From Polyangiaceae bacterium (GTDB taxonomy: Bacteria > Myxococcota_A > Polyangia > Polyangiales > Polyangiaceae), in the NCBI GenBank assembly GCA_965222375.1, contig CBDCTZ010000016.1:1152001-1216000 (forward strand): a stretch of 64,000 nucleotides of DNA, in the 5' to 3' direction. Below, in pieces: positions 58,482-64,000 of the stretch (position 1 is the first letter of the stretch; each line of letters opens with the position of its first letter). The notes under the pieces are model-generated. The model was not told the DNA's origin, did no database searches, and worked only from the letters and a program-made list of their open reading frames with translations. Both the position numbers and the translations under genes were made by a program.

Positions 58482-60785
58482 GTGCAGCAGGGTGCTTCCC
58501 CGTCGCTCGAAGTGAGCTCAGGACCGCGCGGGGGTACCGTGGTGCGAGTCAGAGCGGTGCCCGTGGGTGCAGATACCGATCTGGATGCGGCACTCACGCC
58601 CCTTCGACGAGCTCTGTTCGGACTCTCGGGAATCGTTGCTCCGAACGGAGTTAGTCCCGAATCCGACGGCCTGTCGCTCAGCTACCCGCTGCCCGCGGAT
58701 ACCCCGAACCTTGCCGATCACCCACCCTTGGACGCACTGCCCGTGGCGATCGAGCTGTGCCAGGCGGTGGGAGAGCTTCACGATCGTGGGTTTTCTCACG
58801 GCGCCATCGATCCGCGTTTGATCTTCGTCACTTCGAACGGCGTTCGCATTTTGGGCGCTGGACTGGCCGAGCTCATACGCGCCACGAGCGGCGCTGAGGC
58901 GCCTAGTGCCGTAGGTACGCGTCTAGTCGCGCCCGAAACCAGCGGCGGCGCGGCACCGAGTGCGCGGAGCGACGTTTATGCGCTGGGACACATTGTCGGC
59001 GAGGTACTGGGGCTCTCCTCGGGGCCAGCGCAAGAGGTCGTCGCCGCCGCGACAGCTCAAGAGCCTCGTGGGCGGCCTGTGGACGCTTGGGCATTGCGCG
59101 ACGCTCTGAAGCAGGTCCGCGATGCACCTGCACCCGAACCGACGCCGCCAAAACAAGCACCGGAGCCCGAGCCCGTCGCTGCGCCCCCTCCGGCACCCGA
59201 GCCTCCGTCACCGGAGCCCGAGCCCGCTCCGAACTTGGTCCCAGCGCCCCAACTGCCAGCGGTCGCACCCAAGTCCAACCCACTGTGGCCGATTCTGTTC
59301 ATGCTCGGTGGTGGGCTGTTGCTGCTGCTGGGTTTCGCAGGTGTCTTCGCCTACGCGTTCATGCGCCCCCGCCCCCCTGCGGTGACCGCGCCATCTGCTG
59401 GGACGGCCACGCCCCCGGTCGCTGTCCCGGCGCCTCCACCGCTGCCCAGCCCGACCCCATCCAGCCCCCACGAGCCCGCGGAGCCTGCCGAACCCAACCA
59501 GTCGGATCGACCCGATGCGACCCCTCCTGCGTCGCAAGCGACTGGCCCCGGCCCCGCCGCGGGCGGCAAGCTCCCGGGTAGTGGGGCGCCGCTGCCCGTC
59601 AGTTCGGACCTGCCGATGCAAGGCGCAGCCAATACTGCGGTGACTCTGGTGTTCTTCGGAGATTTGGCCTGCCCGCATACGCGACGCAACGTCGGCGCGG
59701 TGCGCAAGTTGCGCACCGCGTTCCCCTCCGACCTGCGGATCGTCTTTCGCCATCGCCCCTTGCCGCAGCACTCCCACGCGCGCTCTGCTGCGCACATCGC
59801 TGCTGGCGTGCATCTCGACCATGGCAGCGACGCTTTCTTCGGTTTTCTGCAGACCCTGAGCACGGATCTGGGCAACGCCAACAGTCGCGAAGTGAAAGAG
59901 GCGCTGAGTCGAGTGCGTATTCCCCATTTGGATTCCTGGCAGAAGGATCCTCGTGTCAAGCGACGCGTTGAAGACGACGAACGCTGGGCTGGACTGTTTG
60001 CCGTGCGGCGCACCCCAACCTTCTTCATCAACGGTCTGCGCATGGATGGCTTCCAGAGCTACCGTGCTCTCGAAACCCAGATAAAAAAGGAGCGCGCGGC
60101 GGCCCGAAGCCTGTCCGCCCAAGGCGTCGCCGAAAGCCGCATCTATCTTGCGCGCACCCGCAAGAACATGATCGGCATTGGTTTGGACGTGCCAGAGCGG
60201 ACCTGTCCTCGGGTCTCGTCGCAGCCGGCGCGGGGCGCATCCAAGCCTCTGGTGACGATCGTAGAGTTTTCTGACTTCCAGTGCCGCTATTGCAAGCGAG
60301 TCGCGCCTGCGCTGGACCAAGTGCTTGCCAAGCGTGGAGGCGACGTGCGTTTGGTATGGCGAAACTTCCCGCTATCGAATCACTCCCGCGCCCGGGCGGC
60401 CGCGACTCTCGCCATCGAGGCTCATTCGGAGCTGGGCGGGACCGCTTTTTGGCAAGCCCACGATCAGCTATTCGACACCCAAAGCGATCTGAGCGATCCG
60501 GCGCTGATGAAGATTGCCCGAGCTTTAGGCCTGGACCCGAAGGCGACCCTCAACGCCGTTCATACTGATGCGCACGCTTCCACGCTTCGGGCTGACATCA
60601 CCGAGGGCCTTCGGGTCGGCGTGCGCGGAACCCCCGCCCTGTACATCAATGGCCGGAGTGTGGCTGGTGCCCGCAAAGCCAAGGAGCTGCTGCGCATCGT
60701 GGACGAGGAAATCGAATGGGCGCGCCGCTTGACCCGGGGTGGCACGCCACGCCATCGGATCTACTCCACGGTATGCGGTAGCTAG
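58482..60785 (+). CDS. Degenerate Ser/Thr kinase-like domain, Pro linker, TM and tandem DsbA/thioredoxin domains
   Basis: HGAIDPRLI, APE and SDVYALG kinase remnants; one TM; FGDLACPHT...RRTPTFFING and FSDFQCRYC...VRGTPALYING. Confidence 0.85.
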   Translation: MQQGASPSLEVSSGPRGGTVVRVRAVPVGADTDLDAALTPLRRALFGLSGIVAPNGVSPESDGLSLSYPLPADTPNLADHPPLDALPVAIELCQAVGELHDRGFSHGAIDPRLIFVTSNGVRILGAGLAELIRATSGAEAPSAVGTRLVAPETSGGAAPSARSDVYALGHIVGEVLGLSSGPAQEVVAAATAQEPRGRPVDAWALRDALKQVRDAPAPEPTPPKQAPEPEPVAAPPPAPEPPSPEPEPAPNLVPAPQLPAVAPKSNPLWPILFMLGGGLLLLLGFAGVFAYAFMRPRPPAVTAPSAGTATPPVAVPAPPPLPSPTPSSPHEPAEPAEPNQSDRPDATPPASQATGPGPAAGGKLPGSGAPLPVSSDLPMQGAANTAVTLVFFGDLACPHTRRNVGAVRKLRTAFPSDLRIVFRHRPLPQHSHARSAAHIAAGVHLDHGSDAFFGFLQTLSTDLGNANSREVKEALSRVRIPHLDSWQKDPRVKRRVEDDERWAGLFAVRRTPTFFINGLRMDGFQSYRALETQIKKERAAARSLSAQGVAESRIYLARTRKNMIGIGLDVPERTCPRVSSQPARGASKPLVTIVEFSDFQCRYCKRVAPALDQVLAKRGGDVRLVWRNFPLSNHSRARAAATLAIEAHSELGGTAFWQAHDQLFDTQSDLSDPALMKIARALGLDPKATLNAVHTDAHASTLRADITEGLRVGVRGTPALYINGRSVAGARKAKELLRIVDEEIEWARRLTRGGTPRHRIYSTVCGS

Positions 60786-61016
60786 CCCCGCGGGCTTCTT
60801 CAGCTCCTGGAGTTCGTGACGCAGTGTCTGGCGTCAAGTATTGGCGGCGCCCGTCGGTCGGCCTCGTCAGGGTTCGCGAAGAACCGGAATTGCGAGCGGC
60901 GACGCATTGTCGCTCGACACAGGCCCGTCGACTCGTGTGATACTAGCTGTCGAGGGGAGTGGTGTGCAGCGGCTGCTGCTGTCGCCGTCGATCCCGTTAC
61001 AGTGGGAGGGTTCAAC

Positions 61017-62714
61017 ATGATAGCGACCGGATTTGCACAGGAACTCGCGCGGAGTGGCCTGGCACCAACAGAATTACAGAAGTTTCTAGGCAGCGCCAAG
61101 CAACTCGAGCCCGAGGAAATGCGACTGCTCGTGGAGCAAGCCCTGCACCTAATGGAAGACTTCTACGTCCACCTACCGCTCAAACAGTCGATGTACGCGG
61201 TGAATCCGGTGCAACGTCTCCGCCTCCTCCGCCGACGGATCGGTCACATTGGTGACCGCGAGTTCCACCAGGAGATGATCTCGACGTTCCTGGACGTTCG
61301 CGACCTTCACACGAACTACATCCTACCCGACCCCTACCGACGGGCGACAGCGGTTCTGCCCTTCGAGCTTGCCGCCTTCACCAGAGCGGAAGAACGCCGG
61401 TACCTCGTGTCGCGTCTGTTGTTGGGCTTCGCTCACGCTTCGTTCGTGCCTGGCTCGATCGTTACGCATTGGAACGGCGTGGCGATCGAGCGAGCCGTCG
61501 CCAACAACGCGGAACGCAACGCCGGTAGCAACCCAGCGGCGCGGTTCGCGCGCGGCCTAGAACGTATGACTATCCGTCCGCTGATGATGTCGCTGCCCCC
61601 GGACGAGGACTGGGTGGATGTGCGCTACATAGGCGGCGACGGGAAGGCTCGAGAGGTCCGGTTTGAATGGCAGATCGTGGGTCCGCCCAGTGGCGCGGGT
61701 GATGAGGCCGTGAGTCTAGAAGGTGTCGATGAGGCCGGGCTCGGTAGCTTCCTATCGGACGGAATTGACGCCGAGGCGGACAACGTGCGTTTGCTGAAAG
61801 ACCAAGTCTTCGATGAAAAAGTCACGGCTTTGACCCGAGCGATCACAGCGTCACTGAACGGACTCGAGGCCCTCGGTACCGAGATCGACTTCTCCGTCGT
61901 GAGCCACCACCCGAGCCTTTTCACGTTCCGCAATCTGGAGGCAGACGGCAAGACCTTGGGGTACATAAAGATCGCCAGTTTCGATCCGACGGCTGCGAGC
62001 GCAGTGCCCGAGGAGCGGGTTGACAAGTTTGTCCAGGAGTTTCAGCGCATCCTCGAGCTCATGCCAGGCGATGGCCTCATCCTCGACGTGCGTGGAAATC
62101 CAGGAGGCAATATTGTCGCCGGTGAGACGCTGCTGCAAATGTTGACGTCTAGAACCATCGAGCCAGAGCGTACGCATTTCGTCACGACGGAAGACATCCT
62201 CAGCTTGTGCAGACGCTTGCCAAGTTGGTTTGAGCGATGGACGCCTTCCATCGAACGCGCCGTTCAGACCGGCGCGAAGTTTTCGCAAGGCTGGCCACTC
62301 TCAGATGACGTGAACTCCATCGGCCGAAAGTACCAGGGGCCGGTAGTCCTCTTGATCGATGCAAGATGCTACAGCACGACTGACATCTTTGCGGCCGGGT
62401 TTCAAGACCACAAGATCGGAAAGGTGCTAGGCACAGCGACCCATACGGGTGCCGGTGGGGCCAATGTTTTCGGTTGGGACCTGCTGAAGCGTATTCATGA
62501 CCTGACACCCGGGCCCAAGACGGTCAAGCAACTCCCGAAGAACGCCTCGTTCCGCGTGGCAATCCGCAGGACGACTCGCGTCGGCGACAACGCCGGCACC
62601 GTGCTGGAAGATTTCGGCGTTGAACCCGACGAGGTTCACATGCCGACGTTGGGCGACCTCCTCGAAGATGACAAGGACTTGTTGGCCCGCGCGGTTGCGA
62701 TTCTGAGCGAGTGA
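61017..62714 (+). CDS. S41-family (CPAF-like) serine peptidase
   Basis: RDLHT, GYIKIASF, LILDVRGNPGG, DARCYSTTDIF, GAGGANV and EDFGVEPD; GGGAGG RBS. Confidence 0.85.
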   Translation: MIATGFAQELARSGLAPTELQKFLGSAKQLEPEEMRLLVEQALHLMEDFYVHLPLKQSMYAVNPVQRLRLLRRRIGHIGDREFHQEMISTFLDVRDLHTNYILPDPYRRATAVLPFELAAFTRAEERRYLVSRLLLGFAHASFVPGSIVTHWNGVAIERAVANNAERNAGSNPAARFARGLERMTIRPLMMSLPPDEDWVDVRYIGGDGKAREVRFEWQIVGPPSGAGDEAVSLEGVDEAGLGSFLSDGIDAEADNVRLLKDQVFDEKVTALTRAITASLNGLEALGTEIDFSVVSHHPSLFTFRNLEADGKTLGYIKIASFDPTAASAVPEERVDKFVQEFQRILELMPGDGLILDVRGNPGGNIVAGETLLQMLTSRTIEPERTHFVTTEDILSLCRRLPSWFERWTPSIERAVQTGAKFSQGWPLSDDVNSIGRKYQGPVVLLIDARCYSTTDIFAAGFQDHKIGKVLGTATHTGAGGANVFGWDLLKRIHDLTPGPKTVKQLPKNASFRVAIRRTTRVGDNAGTVLEDFGVEPDEVHMPTLGDLLEDDKDLLARAVAILSE

Positions 62715-62718
62715 TTCG

Positions 62719-64000
62719 GTGTTCGGCGTTCTGTTGACCGCGTGCTTGGGCGGACGTGGCTGGCTTCGCTCCGCGATATGGAGTGTCGTCGCCATGTGCG
62801 CACTTGGTCTGAGTGAAGCCAATGCGCAGACGAAGAAGCCGCCGAGAGCGGCGACCAAGCCAGTGCTGTACATCGGAGCGCTGGCAAGTCATCAGCTGAG
62901 TCCGCAGGAACGCCCGCTCTACGCTCTGGTCGAGAGTGCGCTTCTCGACGGTGCGCGCATTGGCGCCCGCCAACTCAACAGCAAGTACGCTGACGTCACG
63001 TCATACTCGCGGATCGTCGAATTGCAGCGCAAGGTCGACGGGACGGCGCGCCGCCTGGAACGCTACGCCGGGGCGGACATCATCGACAAGTTTCAGAAGG
63101 AGCGCAGACGCTTTCACAAAGCGAAAGGTGAGGCGCACTACCTGAGCGCCCAGATTCACCTCCTCCCAGACGGCAAGATACGCGTGGATCTCGAACTTTA
63201 CGCGTTTCAGAACGGAACGCGGGTCGACTTGCTGAAGCGGGTGGGTGGTTGTGGCGAGGAAACCGAGACGGTACTCGACCGGGTGCAGGAGGCAGCTCGT
63301 CAGGTAGTACTGCCCAGAAGCAGGTCGGAGGCCGTGCCACCGATCAATGTGCTGCCGGGGTCCGTCGTGACGTTGGGGAGCATGGTGACGTTGCGGAGCT
63401 GCGCCGAAGTGCTCTATGACGACGACCAGCTCGTGTACGAGTGGAAACTGGTCGGGGCGCGGGTCGTGCCACTGAGTGGCGACGGAGGGCGTCGCTACCG
63501 GTTTCGCGCTACTGAGCTCGGTCGACAACGCGTTAGGTTGTGTGTTCGACGAGTCGTCGGCCCCGGGAGAGCCTGCTCTGAGGTCGAGGTCCACGTCACC
63601 CAAAAGCCGCGCGCCCACGCGGGCAAGAATGAACTTCGCAGACCTGGCTCACGAATCCGACTCGATTCATCGCGTTCGCTTCCCGTCAGCGCCAAGCGTG
63701 TTTGGCGCCTGATCTCTGCGCCCACCCCGCCGTCCGGGTTTCCGTGCACGGAATCGACGAAGCGGCAGTGCGAGTTCGTCGCATCACACGCCGGGCGCTA
63801 CGAGTTCGAACTCCAGGTGAGCAATCCCCTCGGGCAGTCTTTGGATCGCGTCACGTATCTGGTGGCCGACGGGCCCACCGCAAGTGCTGTCGGGTCGGAC
63901 CAGTCGGCGACTCTCGGTGTCGAGGCCGTGCTCGACGCTCGCTCCAGCTCCGACACCGTCGATGCCAACCCTCGCTACTACTGGCGTATCGTCAGCGGCC
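62719..64000 (+). CDS. Exported protein with PKD/Ig-like repeats (3'-truncated by window edge)
   Basis: Open frame to the window end (absent from the ORF track): LVYEWKLV, PRAHAG..., GRYEFELQVSN, VLDARSSSD..DANPRYYWRIVSG. Confidence 0.7.
   Translation, partial: MFGVLLTACLGGRGWLRSAIWSVVAMCALGLSEANAQTKKPPRAATKPVLYIGALASHQLSPQERPLYALVESALLDGARIGARQLNSKYADVTSYSRIVELQRKVDGTARRLERYAGADIIDKFQKERRRFHKAKGEAHYLSAQIHLLPDGKIRVDLELYAFQNGTRVDLLKRVGGCGEETETVLDRVQEAARQVVLPRSRSEAVPPINVLPGSVVTLGSMVTLRSCAEVLYDDDQLVYEWKLVGARVVPLSGDGGRRYRFRATELGRQRVRLCVRRVVGPGRACSEVEVHVTQKPRAHAGKNELRRPGSRIRLDSSRSLPVSAKRVWRLISAPTPPSGFPCTESTKRQCEFVASHAGRYEFELQVSNPLGQSLDRVTYLVADGPTASAVGSDQSATLGVEAVLDARSSSDTVDANPRYYWRIVSG

Overview
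GC-rich bacterial chromosome segment, most likely Myxococcota (Polyangia-like), inferred from a MYXO-CTERM-type protein, many Gly/Ser/Ala-linker lipoproteins, Ser/Thr kinases, a split atp operon and a Myxococcus-type LexA box. The S10-spc-alpha ribosomal protein cluster is split: rpsS (1-246) ends in a terminator, and rplV to rplQ resume only at ~10.76 kb behind a new, highly structured leader. The ~10.5 kb gap is an accessory island. It holds two hairpin tandem-repeat arrays, a degenerate dispersed repeat, an N-terminally shortened MurE-like ligase with a DUF4863-like cupin, two toxin-antitoxin-like pairs, two related Cys-rich lipoproteins, a doubly frameshifted trypsin/FG-GAP protease gene, and a lipoprotein gene preceded by a clean three-way-junction RNA. 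The rest is mainly housekeeping and signalling: acyP, two orphan histidine kinases with an Fe-S protein, rdgB, the F0 genes atpZ/I/B/E, an ABC1 kinase, an L,D-transpeptidase, an RHH-FHA protein, ftsK, lpxC, rseP and recA. It also encodes surface proteins, a pseudokinase-TM-tandem DsbA fusion, a CPAF-like S41 peptidase and a partial PKD-like protein. No tRNA, rRNA, CRISPR array, integrase or transposase was recognised. All family calls are from motif recognition by eye, not database searches.
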